Sequence record: NZ_CP044080.1
DNA: 64,000 bases
Reading direction: 5' to 3' (one strand)
Source: a plasmid
This document shows positions 9,430 to 19,153 of the stretch, in pieces. Position 1 is the stretch's first letter. Every line of letters starts with the position of its first letter. Under the pieces are notes generated by a model that was not told the origin of the DNA, did no database searches, and saw only the letters and a program-made list of their open reading frames with translations. A program made the translations under genes and the position numbers.

Positions 9430-10368
9430 CTAGCTGACCGCCGACCAATGGCCGGGATAGCGCTGCTGGTATGCCGCGTGAAAGGCTGCGGGCTGGCGAA
9501 AGAAGAAGGCGGTCTCTGCCAGGGCAGGATCGTCGAAGTCGGGAAAGTGAAAGATGAAATTCTCCATGAACGCGGCCGAGGTCCGCGCCACCATGCGCCG
9601 ATAGTTGTCGCCGGTGCAGGACAGGATCGGACCGGCAAAGCCCGCCTGGAAGGCGGCCTCGGTCAGGGCATGGACCATATGCGGCTCGGACGAGCACCAG
9701 CACAGCACCTGCGGGTCGTCCTGCAGCATCGCCGCCACCATGCCCACGGCATCGGCGGTCTGGGGCGGATAGCGCAGTTCGCGGACGATCTGCATCCCCT
9801 CGGCCGCGAAGGCGGCGCGATAGGTGGCCAGCGACGGCAGGCCCATCATGTCCTGCTGGCTGCACAGGGCCACGCGCTTCAGCTCGGGCCGGGTGCTTGC
9901 CAGCCATTCGACCCCCGTCACCACGAAGATCGGATGCACTTCGGCCGGGGCGATCAGCGTGGGCGTCTCGGGGCTCAGGTCAAAGGGCAGCAGCGTCGTG
10001 GTCAGGACGCGCCGCGACATCAGCCAGGGCAGCGCGGGCGCAAGCGAATCGCCCCCCAGCGTCAGGATGATGCGGACGCCGGCCCGCTCGACCAGCTCTG
10101 TCGCGGCGATGCGGGTTTCCTGATCGCTGATGGCCGCGTCGCGCGCCAGGACCTCGACCCTGCGTCGTTGCTGCCCGATCGCCAGGCCGCCCTGTTCGTT
10201 CACCCAGTTGGCCCAGATCAGGCAGCCCTCCAGCCCGGGCGTGCCCCAGGGCGAGGATGGGCCGCTGAGCGGCGCCAGAAATCCGATTCGAATGGGCGAG
10301 CCCGCCCGGTGTAGGTTCCGCGGCAGGCTGCCGGTGACCGCCAGCCGCTGCGCCAAGGATGAATGCAC
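9430..10368 (-). CDS. Peripla_BP_6 (Leu/Ile/Val-binding / AmiC-like) ligand-binding protein, no detectable signal peptide; the frame continues past an in-frame TAG
   Basis: IRIGFLAPLSGPSSPWG...QGGLAIG resembles the N-terminus of the LivK/AmiC fold. The first ~60 codons of the track ORF read through the AT-rich tmm promoter and are not coding; GTG 10368 is a likely start. Downstream of the TAG at 9430-9432, the same frame (9082..9429) encodes ...EYAAALDLWQQAVEIAGSTDPAKALDSMKRGGQMMQVFGPARWYGEALFGIDNALIGSWPVVRVTQG, the normal C-terminal region of this fold. Confidence 0.6.
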   Translation of the reverse strand: MHSSLAQRLAVTGSLPRNLHRAGSPIRIGFLAPLSGPSSPWGTPGLEGCLIWANWVNEQGGLAIGQQRRRVEVLARDAAISDQETRIAATELVERAGVRIILTLGGDSLAPALPWLMSRRVLTTTLLPFDLSPETPTLIAPAEVHPIFVVTGVEWLASTRPELKRVALCSQQDMMGLPSLATYRAAFAAEGMQIVRELRYPPQTADAVGMVAAMLQDDPQVLCWCSSEPHMVHALTEAAFQAGFAGPILSCTGDNYRRMVARTSAAFMENFIFHFPDFDDPALAETAFFFRQPAAFHAAYQQRYPGHWSAVS

Positions 10369-10473
10369 GCGATCCCCCGATTGCCCGAATAACGGCAACG
10401 TTTCGCCAAATTTCGCAGCATAGTTCTTCTTTGCAATTAAAAATGTTGACCGAAAGGGAATCTGAGCCTCTAA

Positions 10474-10518
10474 TTGGTTCAATCCAAAAGAACAGAACCG
10501 CAAAATTGGTTCGAACCA
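10474..10518 (+). promoter_or_regulatory. tmm promoter region with two FadR/GntR-type palindromic operators
   Basis: A perfect 12-bp palindrome TGGTTCGAACCA (10507..10518, 14 nt before the tmm ATG) and an upstream imperfect copy TTGGTTCAATCCAA (10474..10487) lie in an AT-rich intergenic. FadR-subfamily consensus is TGGT-N-ACCA, and the GntR gene is 1.4 kb upstream. Confidence 0.5.
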
Positions 10519-10531
10519 CAGGGAAATCGAC

Positions 10532-11875
10532 ATGACAAAGCGAGTCGCCATCATCGGCGCTGGCCCTTCGGGGCTTGCCCAGCTGCGTGCCTTTCAATCC
10601 GCTTTCCGCAAAGGGGCCGAGATCCCCGAGCTCGTCTGTTTCGAAAAGCAGTCGAACTGGGGCGGGCTGTGGAACTACACTTGGCGCACCGGGACCGACG
10701 AACATGGCGAACCCGTGCACGGCTCGATGTATCGCTATCTGTGGACCAACGGACCCAAGGAGGGGCTGGAGTTCGCCGATTATTCCTTCGAGGAGCATTT
10801 CGGCAAGCAGATCGCCTCGTATCCGCCCCGGGCCGTGATGTTCGACTATATCGAGGGCCGGGTCAAAAAGGCCGGGGTGCGCGACTGGATCCGCTTCAAT
10901 TCGGTGGTGCGCTGGGTCGAATACGACGACCAGGCCGAGGACTTTACCGTCACCGTCCACGACATGGAACGCGACCATGTCTATAAGGAGCGCTTCGATC
11001 ACGTGATCGTCGCCTCGGGCCATTTCTCCAGCCCCAATGTCCCCGAATATCCCGGCTTCACGCATTTCTATGGCCGCATCACCCATGCCCATGACTTTCG
11101 CGACGCGCGAGAGTTCAGCGGACAGGACGTGCTGATCGTCGGCGCCAGCTACTCGGCCGAGGACATCGGCTCGCAATGCTGGAAATACGGCGCGAAATCG
11201 GTCACGTCCTGCTATCGCACCGCACCCATGGGCTTCAACTGGCCCGACAACTGGGACGAAAAGCCGGCACTGGTCCGGGTCGAAGGCAAGACCGCCCATT
11301 TCAGCGACGGCACCAGCAAGACGGTCGATGCGATCATCCTGTGCACGGGCTATCGGCATTATTTCCCGTTCCTGCCGGACGATCTGCGGCTGAAGACGGC
11401 GAACCGGCTGGCGACGGCCGATCTCTACAAGGGGGTGGTCTATGTCCACAATCCCAGGATGTTCTACCTGGGCATGCAGGACCAGTGGTTCACCTTCAAC
11501 ATGTTCGACGCCCAGGCCTGGTATGTGCGCGACATCATCCTGGGCCGCATCGCGGTACCTGCCGACAAGCAGGCGATGCTGGCCGACGTGGCCGAGCGCG
11601 AGGCGCGCGAGGAAGCCGACGACGACGTGAAATATGCGATCAAGTACCAGGGCGATTACGTCAAGGAACTGATCGCGGAAACCGACTATCCCAGCTTCGA
11701 CGTCGATGGCGCCTGCGCGGCCTTCTATGAATGGAAGCATCACAAGGCCGAGGACATCATGGCCTTCCGCAACCACTGCTATCGCTCGGTCATCACCGGG
11801 ACCATGGCGCCGGTGCACCACACGCCCTGGAAGGACGCGCTGGACGACAGCATGGAAGCCTATCTGCGAAACTGA
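10532..11875 (+). CDS. tmm: Trimethylamine monooxygenase (bacterial flavin-containing monooxygenase)
   Basis: 447 aa with FAD GxGxxG (IGAGPSGL), the FMO motif [13 protein letters not shown] and NADPH GxGxxA ([12 protein letters not shown]). The length and motifs match characterised Tmm, and it is followed directly by tdm. Confidence 0.9.
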   Translation: MTKRVAIIGAGPSGLAQLRAFQSAFRKGAEIPELVCFEKQSNWGGLWNYTWRTGTDEHGEPVHGSMYRYLWTNGPKEGLEFADYSFEEHFGKQIASYPPRAVMFDYIEGRVKKAGVRDWIRFNSVVRWVEYDDQAEDFTVTVHDMERDHVYKERFDHVIVASGHFSSPNVPEYPGFTHFYGRITHAHDFRDAREFSGQDVLIVGASYSAEDIGSQCWKYGAKSVTSCYRTAPMGFNWPDNWDEKPALVRVEGKTAHFSDGTSKTVDAIILCTGYRHYFPFLPDDLRLKTANRLATADLYKGVVYVHNPRMFYLGMQDQWFTFNMFDAQAWYVRDIILGRIAVPADKQAMLADVAEREAREEADDDVKYAIKYQGDYVKELIAETDYPSFDVDGACAAFYEWKHHKAEDIMAFRNHCYRSVITGTMAPVHHTPWKDALDDSMEAYLRN

Positions 11876-11906
11876 CCCCGTCCTTTCCCCGGCAATGGAG
11901 GCTCGG

Positions 11907-14270
11907 ATGAGCGCCATCACCTATCCCGGCATGCTGCGCCCCGGCCCGCCCCGGCCCAGCGGGTTGCGCGTCGCCTCGCCCGTCGGCCGCCCGCCGGCGC
12001 AGGAACGCCACAGCGTGGCGGGCGGGGGCGCGCTGCTGCTGCCGCTGGCGCAGGGCGACCGCGTCAGCGTCATCAACGCCGAGGGCGGCCAGCGCGCCGA
12101 ACTGGTCGCGGTGGACATGCAGGGCCGGCCCGGCCTGCTGGGCCCGGCCTCGGACGAGCCGCACGGGCTGCGCCGGGCGCTGAGCTCGGGCGAGGAGAGC
12201 CTGACCCGGCTGGCGCGCGGCATCGCGGCGCGCGGCATCGACCTGTCGAAAAACCACGCCATCACGCTGTTCGGCGCCGCAAGCCCGGCCGGCGACCGCG
12301 CCGAATTCACCGCCGAAGGCGCCGGCTGGCTGATCGCCTGCGCGCCCGGCGACCCGATGGACCCGGAAAGCGGCGACACCGCCAGTCCGCTGACCCTGCT
12401 GATCGACCGCGCCAGCCCGCGCGCCAAGCAGGAGTTCGCGCTGCCCGACCCGCTGGCCGATCCGATCCTGGACATCCGGGTGAAATCCGCCACGGCCGAG
12501 GCCTATCTGGTCCGCGCCGGCGAATACATCCAGATCCAGGATGTGGACGGCCGGCAATGCACGGATTTCCAGTGTTTCGACGCCCGCAAGCTGGATCGCG
12601 GCATCCAGAACCCGCTGGACGTGACCACGACGCGCACCATCCTGGGCCACAGCTATGCCATGCCCGGGCTGCACGCGAAATATTTCGACCAAGACATGGA
12701 TGCGCTGGTCGAGGTGGTGCAGGACACCTGCGGCCGGCACGACGCCTTTGCCATGGCCTGCGCCGCGAAATATTACGACGACATCGGCTATCCCGGCCAT
12801 GCCAACTGCTCGGACAATTTCAACGGCGCGCTGGCGGAATACGGCGTCGATCCGCGCAAGGGCTGGATGGCGGCGAATTTCTTCTTCAACACCTGGATCG
12901 ACGCCCATGGTGTGCTGATGACCGACGAGCCCTGGTCGCGGCCCGGCGACTATGTGCTGCTGCGGGCGCTGACCGACGTGGTCTGCGTGTCCTCGGCCTG
13001 CCCCGACGACACCACCCCCGCCAACGGCTGGCACCTGTCGGACATCCATGTCCGCAGCTATGCCGCCAGCGAACGCTTCCAGCGCGCCACCGCCTGGCGG
13101 CCCATGCCCGAGTCCGAGCCGATCATGACCCGACAGACCGCCTTCCACGACCAGTTCGCCGAATTGACCCGCGATTTCATCGAATACAAGGGCTTCTGGC
13201 TGCCGAACACCTTCCCGAACTCCTCGCCCGAGGAGGAGTATCGCACCTGCCGCAGCGGCGTCGCCATGATGGACCTGTCGGCGTTGCGCAAGTTCGAGGT
13301 CACCGGCCCGGACAGCGAGGCCCTGATGCAATGGGTGCTGACCCGCGACGTCAAGAAGCTGGGCGTGGGCCAGGTGGTCTATTCCGCGATGTGCTATCCG
13401 CATGGCGGCATGGTCGACGACGGCACGCTGTTTCGCATGGGGCCGGACCGCTTCCGCTGGATCGGCGGCACCGATTACGGCGGCGAATGGATGCGCGAAC
13501 AGGCTCAGGCGCTGGGGCTGAACGTGATGATCCGCGCCTCGACCGACCAGCTGCACAACCTGGCCGTCCAGGGGCCGAAAAGCCGCGAGGTGATGAACGC
13601 TGCGATCTGGACCGCGCCGCACCAGACCGCGATCCCGGAACTGGGCTGGTTCCGCTGGACCGTGGGCCGGGTGAACGGCCCGAACGGCGCCCCGGTGGTG
13701 GTCTCGCGCACCGGCTACACCGGCGAATTGGGCTATGAGATCTTCTGCCACCCCAAGGACGGGGCCGAGGTCTTTGCTGCCGTGACCGAGGCCGGCGCGC
13801 CCCATGGCATCAAGCCCATGGGCCTGGCCGCGCTGGACCTTTTGCGCATCGAGGCCGGGCTGATCTTTGCCGATTACGAATTCACCGACCAGACAGACCC
13901 GTTCGAGGCAGGCATCGGCTTCACCGTGCCCTTGAAGACCAAGCCCGACGACTTCATCGGCCGGGAGGCGCTGATCCGGCGCAAGGAGAACCCGCGCTGG
14001 AAGCTGGTGGGCCTTGAGATCGACAGCCGCATCCCGGCCCATCACGGCGACTGCCTGCATATCGGCCGGGCGCAGGTGGGCGAAATCACCTCGGCCATGT
14101 GGTCGCCGCTGTTGGACCGCCAGATCGCGCTGGCCCGCGTGGACGTGACCCATGCGGCCGAGGGCACCGAAATCGAGGTCGGCAAGCTCGACGGGCAGCA
14201 AAAGCGCCTGCCCGCGCGCATCACCGCCTTTCCGCATTACGACCCGAAGAAAGAACGACCGCGGTCCTGA
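11907..14270 (+). CDS. tdm: Trimethylamine-N-oxide demethylase (DUF1989 N-domain fused to GcvT-like THF-binding aminomethyltransferase C-domain)
   Basis: 787 aa from the ATG at 11907 (GGAGG SD 5 nt upstream; the upstream part of the track ORF overlaps the tmm 3' end). The C-terminal half has GcvT-family motifs (RTGYTGELGYEIF, folate-binding fold), matching the Tdm architecture. Confidence 0.85.
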   Translation: MSAITYPGMLRPGPPRPSGLRVASPVGRPPAQERHSVAGGGALLLPLAQGDRVSVINAEGGQRAELVAVDMQGRPGLLGPASDEPHGLRRALSSGEESLTRLARGIAARGIDLSKNHAITLFGAASPAGDRAEFTAEGAGWLIACAPGDPMDPESGDTASPLTLLIDRASPRAKQEFALPDPLADPILDIRVKSATAEAYLVRAGEYIQIQDVDGRQCTDFQCFDARKLDRGIQNPLDVTTTRTILGHSYAMPGLHAKYFDQDMDALVEVVQDTCGRHDAFAMACAAKYYDDIGYPGHANCSDNFNGALAEYGVDPRKGWMAANFFFNTWIDAHGVLMTDEPWSRPGDYVLLRALTDVVCVSSACPDDTTPANGWHLSDIHVRSYAASERFQRATAWRPMPESEPIMTRQTAFHDQFAELTRDFIEYKGFWLPNTFPNSSPEEEYRTCRSGVAMMDLSALRKFEVTGPDSEALMQWVLTRDVKKLGVGQVVYSAMCYPHGGMVDDGTLFRMGPDRFRWIGGTDYGGEWMREQAQALGLNVMIRASTDQLHNLAVQGPKSREVMNAAIWTAPHQTAIPELGWFRWTVGRVNGPNGAPVVVSRTGYTGELGYEIFCHPKDGAEVFAAVTEAGAPHGIKPMGLAALDLLRIEAGLIFADYEFTDQTDPFEAGIGFTVPLKTKPDDFIGREALIRRKENPRWKLVGLEIDSRIPAHHGDCLHIGRAQVGEITSAMWSPLLDRQIALARVDVTHAAEGTEIEVGKLDGQQKRLPARITAFPHYDPKKERPRS

Positions 14271-14540
14271 AACCGCGGCGCTGACGACAGAGAGGTTCGA
14301 CATGATTGCAGCCCGGCGTCCCAAGACGCTGGCCGGTCCCTTGCAGCCCGATGGCTGCCGGGCGCCGGACGGAACCCCCGCCGCATCGCGGAGGGGCGCG
14401 CCTGTCGCTGCCTGTGACGGACAAAGCAAGGGACTGCCGCCGGGACATAGGGGATGCCCCGGCGCCGCAACATGCCGAGCCAGCCTGAAAGCGACCCGCG
14501 ACAGGGTCCGGGGCGGCTTGTCCAACAGGGAAATGCGCAA

Positions 14541-16352
14541 ATGGTTGAACAATCGACGACCGGCCCGATGGCCGGCGTGGCGGGGGGCGACATTCCCGCC
14601 GCGCAGGGAACGCTGCACCGCGCGCTGGACTGGCGAGGTGCCTTCTGGGTGGCGGCCGGGGTGCCGCCCCTGGTCCTGTTTTCCATCGGGGGCATCGCCG
14701 GGGTGGCGGGCAAGGCCGCCTTCGTCGTCTGGATGCTGTCCATGTGCATGGGCTTTCTGCAAAGCTTCACCTATGCCGAAATGGCCGGCATGTTCGGCAA
14801 CAAGTCGGGCGGCGCCTCGGTCTATGGCGCGACGGCCTGGCTGCGTTACTCCAAGCTGATCGCGCCCCTGTCGGTCTGGTGCAACTGGTTCGCGTGGTCG
14901 CCGGTGCTGTCGCTCGGCTGCGCCATTGCGGCGGGCTATATCCTGAACGCGCTGTTCCCCATTCCCCTGGCCAGCGCGCCGCAGGTCGCCGACTGGGTTG
15001 CGGCCCATATCGCGAGCTATGGCGCGCAGACGCAGGCGGTCATCGACTACCTGGCCGCCAATCCCGGCACCCCCGTCGATGCCGCCATCCGGGCCGTGGC
15101 CCAGGCCGACGGCGTCGCGGCCCTGACGCCGGCCTTCCGCAACTGGGAGGCGCTGGCCCTGACCGTCCCGGGCCTCGGCACGCTGCATTTCAACGCGACC
15201 TTCGTGATCGGGCTGATCCTGATGCTGGTGATCTTTGCGATCCAGCACCGCGGGATTTCCTCGACCGCCAAGGCGCAGCGGGTCATGGCGATCGTCGTGC
15301 TGGTGCCGCTGCTGCTGGTCGGGCTGGTGCCGATCCTGAACGGCTCGATCGACACGATGAACGTCACCGGCATCGTGCCGCCGACCAGCGCCTATGCCGC
15401 GAGCGACGGGGCCTGGGACATCGGCGGCTGGACGCTGTTCCTGGGCGCCATGTATATCGCCGCCTGGTCCACCTATGGCTTCGAGACCGCGGTCTGCTAC
15501 ACGGCCGAGTTCAGGAACCCCGAGACCGACACCTTCAAGGCCATCTTCTATTCCGGCCTGCTGTGCATCGTCTTCTTCTTTCTGATCCCCTTCGCCTTCC
15601 AGGGCGTGCTGGGGCACGAAGGGATGCTGGCGCCCGGCATCGTCGACGGCACCGGCGTCGGCGCGGCGCTGGCCGGTCTTGTGAACGGTGGCGCGGTCAT
15701 CACGCAGATCCTGGTCATCCTGATGATCCTGGCGCTGTTCCTGGCCATCATGACCGCCATGGCCGGGTCGTCGCGCACGCTCTACCAGGGGTCGCGCGAC
15801 GGCTGGCTGCCGCGTTACCTGAGCCACGTGAACGAGCATGGCGCGCCCACGAACGCCATGTGGACCGATCTGGGCTTCAACCTGTTCCTGCTGGCGCTGG
15901 CGTCCGATGCGACGGGCTATTTCTACGTCCTCGCCATCTCGAACGTGGGCTATATCATGTTCAATTTCCTGAACCTGAACGCCGGCTGGATCCACCGCAT
16001 CGACAGCCCGCACCTGAAGCGGCCCTGGCGGGCGCCAACCGTGCTGATCGGGCTGAACACGCTTCTGGCCTTCGTGAACGCCATGTTCCTGGGCGCCGGC
16101 GCCAAGGTCTGGGGCTATTCCGGCGCGCTGTGGTCGGGGCTGATCTTCGCCAGCTTCATCCTGCCGGTGTTCTGGTTCCGCCATTACTACCAGGACAAGG
16201 GCCATTTCCCGCGCGAGGCGATGGAGGATCTGGGCCTTTCCGACCACGGCGATCTAGGCCCGCGCCGCGCCGGCATCCTGCCCTATCTGGCCCTGATCGC
16301 GGGCGCCTGCGTGGTGCTGGTCAGCAACTGGTTCTTCCAGCTGCCCACCTGA
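14541..16352 (+). CDS. APC-superfamily amino-acid/amine permease
   Basis: About 600 aa with 12 or more TM helices and an APC-type GxG/aromatic pattern (FVVWMLSMCMGFLQSFTYAEMAGMFGNKSGGASVYG). It lies between tdm and dmmD, consistent with methylated-amine uptake. Confidence 0.8.
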   Translation: MVEQSTTGPMAGVAGGDIPAAQGTLHRALDWRGAFWVAAGVPPLVLFSIGGIAGVAGKAAFVVWMLSMCMGFLQSFTYAEMAGMFGNKSGGASVYGATAWLRYSKLIAPLSVWCNWFAWSPVLSLGCAIAAGYILNALFPIPLASAPQVADWVAAHIASYGAQTQAVIDYLAANPGTPVDAAIRAVAQADGVAALTPAFRNWEALALTVPGLGTLHFNATFVIGLILMLVIFAIQHRGISSTAKAQRVMAIVVLVPLLLVGLVPILNGSIDTMNVTGIVPPTSAYAASDGAWDIGGWTLFLGAMYIAAWSTYGFETAVCYTAEFRNPETDTFKAIFYSGLLCIVFFFLIPFAFQGVLGHEGMLAPGIVDGTGVGAALAGLVNGGAVITQILVILMILALFLAIMTAMAGSSRTLYQGSRDGWLPRYLSHVNEHGAPTNAMWTDLGFNLFLLALASDATGYFYVLAISNVGYIMFNFLNLNAGWIHRIDSPHLKRPWRAPTVLIGLNTLLAFVNAMFLGAGAKVWGYSGALWSGLIFASFILPVFWFRHYYQDKGHFPREAMEDLGLSDHGDLGPRRAGILPYLALIAGACVVLVSNWFFQLPT

Positions 16353-16361
16353 GCCGAAATC

Positions 16362-16387
16362 GGCGGGGCCGGCAGCCCGGCCCCGCC
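16362..16387 (+). terminator. Perfect GC hairpin after the permease gene
   Basis: ggcggggccgg-cagc-ccggccccgcc (11-bp perfect stem) 10 nt after the stop at 16352. There is no U-tract. Confidence 0.45.
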
Positions 16388-16415
16388 CCAACTAAGACCA
16401 TGGGAGAATGACGAG

Positions 16416-17555
16416 ATGACGAATTCCTGGCGCTTTTCGACGCTGGCCGACCGCCACCGCGCCCTCGGCTCGGAGCTTGAGGACTGGAGCGGCATGGGCA
16501 CCGCCTGGTCCTATGCCTCGGGCGACCCGGATGCCGAATACATGGCGATCCGCACCAAGGCCGGGCTGATGGATGTGTCGGGCCTGAAAAAGGTCCATAT
16601 CACCGGCGCCGCCGCCAGCCATGTCATCGAACGCGCGACCACGCGCAACCTGGAAAAGCTGATGCCCGGCCGCTCGGTCTATGCCTGCATGCTGAACGAC
16701 GCCGGCAAGTTCATCGACGACTGCGTGATCTATCGCACCGGCCCCAACGCCTTCATGGTGGTCCATGGCGCCGGCCAGGGCTTCGAGCAGCTGACCATGG
16801 CCACCCATGGCCGCGATGTCTCGGTGCGCTTCGACGACAACCTGCACGACCTGTCGCTGCAAGGCCCGCTGGCGGTGGACTACCTGGCCCAGCACGTCCC
16901 GGGCATCCGCGACCTGCCCTATTTCGCGCATCTGCAAACCTCGCTCTTCGGCAAGCCCGCGATGATCTCGCGCACCGGCTATACCGGCGAGCGCGGTTAT
17001 GAGCTGTTCGTGCGCGGCCAGGACGCGCCGATGGTCTGGGACCGCATCCTGGACGAGGGCAAGGAGATGGGCATCATCCCCTGCCGCTTCACCACGCTCG
17101 ACATGCTGCGGACGGAAAGCTACCTGCTGTTCTTCCCCTACGACAATTCGGAAATGTACCCCTTCGACAACGAGCCGGGCGGGGATACGCTGTGGGAGCT
17201 GGGGCTGGACTTCACCGTCTCGCCCGGCAAGACCGGCTTCCGCGGCGCGGACGAGCATTACCGCCTGAAGGGCAAGGAGCGCTTCAAGATCTGGGGCCTG
17301 AAGCTGGAAGGCGACAAGGTTCCGGGAAACGGCGCGCCGGTGCTGCAGGACGGCAAGCAGGTCGGCGTGGTGACGCAGGCCATGCATTCGCCGCTGAACA
17401 ACTGGACCGTCGCCATCGCCCGCCTGCCGGTCGCACTGGCGAACGACGGCACCAAGCTGGTCGTGAACTGCGCCACCCATGGCGAGATCGCGGCCACCAC
17501 CGGGCAGATGCCGTTCTTCGACCCGGAAAAGAAACGCCGCACCGCCAAGGGCTAA
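16416..17555 (+). CDS. dmmD: Dimethylamine monooxygenase subunit DmmD (GcvT-like tetrahydrofolate-binding aminomethyltransferase family)
   Basis: 379 aa of the GCV_T / GCV_T_C fold (RTGYTGERGYELF). It is the first gene of a dmmDABC-ordered operon, preceded by a gggagaatg SD. Confidence 0.8.
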   Translation: MTNSWRFSTLADRHRALGSELEDWSGMGTAWSYASGDPDAEYMAIRTKAGLMDVSGLKKVHITGAAASHVIERATTRNLEKLMPGRSVYACMLNDAGKFIDDCVIYRTGPNAFMVVHGAGQGFEQLTMATHGRDVSVRFDDNLHDLSLQGPLAVDYLAQHVPGIRDLPYFAHLQTSLFGKPAMISRTGYTGERGYELFVRGQDAPMVWDRILDEGKEMGIIPCRFTTLDMLRTESYLLFFPYDNSEMYPFDNEPGGDTLWELGLDFTVSPGKTGFRGADEHYRLKGKERFKIWGLKLEGDKVPGNGAPVLQDGKQVGVVTQAMHSPLNNWTVAIARLPVALANDGTKLVVNCATHGEIAATTGQMPFFDPEKKRRTAKG

Positions 17556-17618
17556 GACACCGGCCGGGGGCGGGATCGCCGCCCCCGGCCTCAGCCAAAT
17601 CTGCCAGGGACCAATCGA

Positions 17619-18215
17619 ATGACCTCGCCGCCGACCGCCCCCTTTGCCAGCCGCCCGCGCCATGCCCCGCTTGAGCCGCGGCCCTGTCGCAGCGCGCTGA
17701 TCGTCGCCGATGACGCGGGCGCGGCGGCGGTCGTGGCGCTGGCCGAACGATCCCCCGAACTGATCGGCAAGGCCGTGGTGCTGCATGTCCAGGACGGCTT
17801 TTCCATGGCGCCGGCGTTGGCCGCGCTGAACCCGGCGCAGCTGGTCGGCGTCGCCTCGACCGCCGAACTGCCCGCCGCGCTGGACCGCGCCCTGCAGGGC
17901 GCCGCGATGGGGCTGCAAGCCTTTCTCGCCGGCTCCGAGGGCCTGATCGGCCAGGCACAGGCGCAGCTGCTGGCCGCCGGCCTGCCTCTGGGCGCCATCC
18001 AGTCCGAACATCGCGGCACCGCCGCCCGCCGGATGCAATGCGTGCATTGCAAGACCATCGCCGAAAACGTGACCGTGGACCCCTATACCTGCCCCGGCTG
18101 CGGCCGCGCCCTGTTCGTGCGCGATCACTTCTCGCGCCGGCTGGGCGCCTTTCAGGGCGTCTGCATCGACGCCGAAACCCCCGGCGAGGTGCCTGAACCC
18201 GTGGAGATCCGCTGA
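17619..18215 (+). CDS. dmmA: Dimethylamine monooxygenase subunit DmmA-like protein with C-terminal 4-Cys zinc-ribbon
   Basis: 198 aa with a C-terminal CVHCKTIAENVTVDPYTCPGCGRALFVRDHFSRRLGAFQGVC motif. The position between dmmD and the reductase matches the dmmDABC order. Naming is by position only. Confidence 0.65.
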   Translation: MTSPPTAPFASRPRHAPLEPRPCRSALIVADDAGAAAVVALAERSPELIGKAVVLHVQDGFSMAPALAALNPAQLVGVASTAELPAALDRALQGAAMGLQAFLAGSEGLIGQAQAQLLAAGLPLGAIQSEHRGTAARRMQCVHCKTIAENVTVDPYTCPGCGRALFVRDHFSRRLGAFQGVCIDAETPGEVPEPVEIR

Positions 18216-19144
18216 TGCAGCCCCTGATCCTGACCGCGCGCGAAACGCTGTCGCCCCGCATCACCCGCTTTCGCTTCGAACGCCCCGACAAGGGCCCGCT
18301 GCCGCTGTTTTCCGGCGGCGCCCATGTCATGGTCGAGATGCAGGACGGCGACATCCTGCGCCGCAACGCCTATTCGCTGATCTCGGACCCCGAGGACGGT
18401 TCGGGCTATGAAATCGCCGTGCAGCGCGAGGACCAGGGCCGGGGCGGGTCGCGGTTCATGCACGAACAGGCCCAGCCGGGCATGCTGATGCATATCGGCC
18501 TGCCGGTGAACCTGTTTGCGCTGAACCTGACGGCCAGAAAGCACCTGCTGATCGCCGGCGGCGTCGGCATCACCCCCTTCATCGCCCAGACCCGCGAATT
18601 GCAGCGGCTGGGCCTGCCCTATGAGCTGCATTACGCCGTGCGGGCGCGGGACGAGCTGGCCGCCCTGCCCCTGCTGCCCGAGGGCGTGCATGTCCATGTC
18701 AGCGCCGAAGGCTCGCGCATGGACCTGGACGCAATCCTGTCCGAGCAGCCGCTTGGCACGCATCTTTACGTCTGCGCCTCGGACCGGATGATTTCCACCG
18801 TGCTCGACACCGCGCAATCGCTGGGCTGGCCCAGGGACGCGCTGCATTCCGAGGAATTCCTGGCCCCCGCCCCCGGCGAGCCGTTCCAGGTGTTCTGCGC
18901 CCGCAGCCACAAGACGCTGACCGTCGGCGCCCATGAAAGCCTGCTGGAAGCCCTTGAAAACGCCGGCATCGCCGCGCCCTGGCTGTGCCGGGGCGGCGCC
19001 TGCGGGCAATGCGAAACCGATGTCATCGCCTGCGACGGCACCATCGAACACCACGACCATTGGCTGGAACCCGAGGAACGCGCCCGCAAGATCATGCCCT
19101 GCGTCTCGCGCTTTCGCGGCCAGCTTCTGACCATCGACCGATAG
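18215..19144 (+). CDS. dmmB: Dimethylamine monooxygenase reductase subunit (FNR-like FAD/NAD-binding domain plus C-terminal plant-type 2Fe-2S ferredoxin)
   Basis: The ATG overlaps the dmmA stop. It carries RxYS-type FAD binding (RNAYSLIS), an NAD-binding GGVGITP motif and C-terminal CRGGACGQCE 2Fe-2S cysteines. Confidence 0.75.
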   Translation: MQPLILTARETLSPRITRFRFERPDKGPLPLFSGGAHVMVEMQDGDILRRNAYSLISDPEDGSGYEIAVQREDQGRGGSRFMHEQAQPGMLMHIGLPVNLFALNLTARKHLLIAGGVGITPFIAQTRELQRLGLPYELHYAVRARDELAALPLLPEGVHVHVSAEGSRMDLDAILSEQPLGTHLYVCASDRMISTVLDTAQSLGWPRDALHSEEFLAPAPGEPFQVFCARSHKTLTVGAHESLLEALENAGIAAPWLCRGGACGQCETDVIACDGTIEHHDHWLEPEERARKIMPCVSRFRGQLLTIDR

Positions 19145-19153
19145 GAGGCTCCG

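Noticed and set aside
9430-10554. First ~62 codons of the 374-aa track ORF ([20 protein letters not shown]...).
   Set aside because: This is read-through of the AT-rich tmm promoter region on the opposite strand, with no homology to the Peripla_BP_6 fold that begins near GTG 10368.
11793-16247. A 1484-aa minus-strand ORF. The same pattern recurs with other very long ORFs, e.g. 22659..26177 (-), 26229..28124 (-), 29834..31636 (-), 18152..20650 (-), 18985..21285 (+), 9980..11920 (-), 48221..49576 (+) and 50640..52649 (+).
   Set aside because: They lie antisense to, or frame-shifted across, well-supported genes (tdm, permease, mgdC, folD/purU, GMC, dmmBC, tmm, rSAM, precursor). They are Pro/Arg/Gly/Ala-rich low-complexity translations typical of stop-codon-poor high-GC DNA, with no domain signatures.
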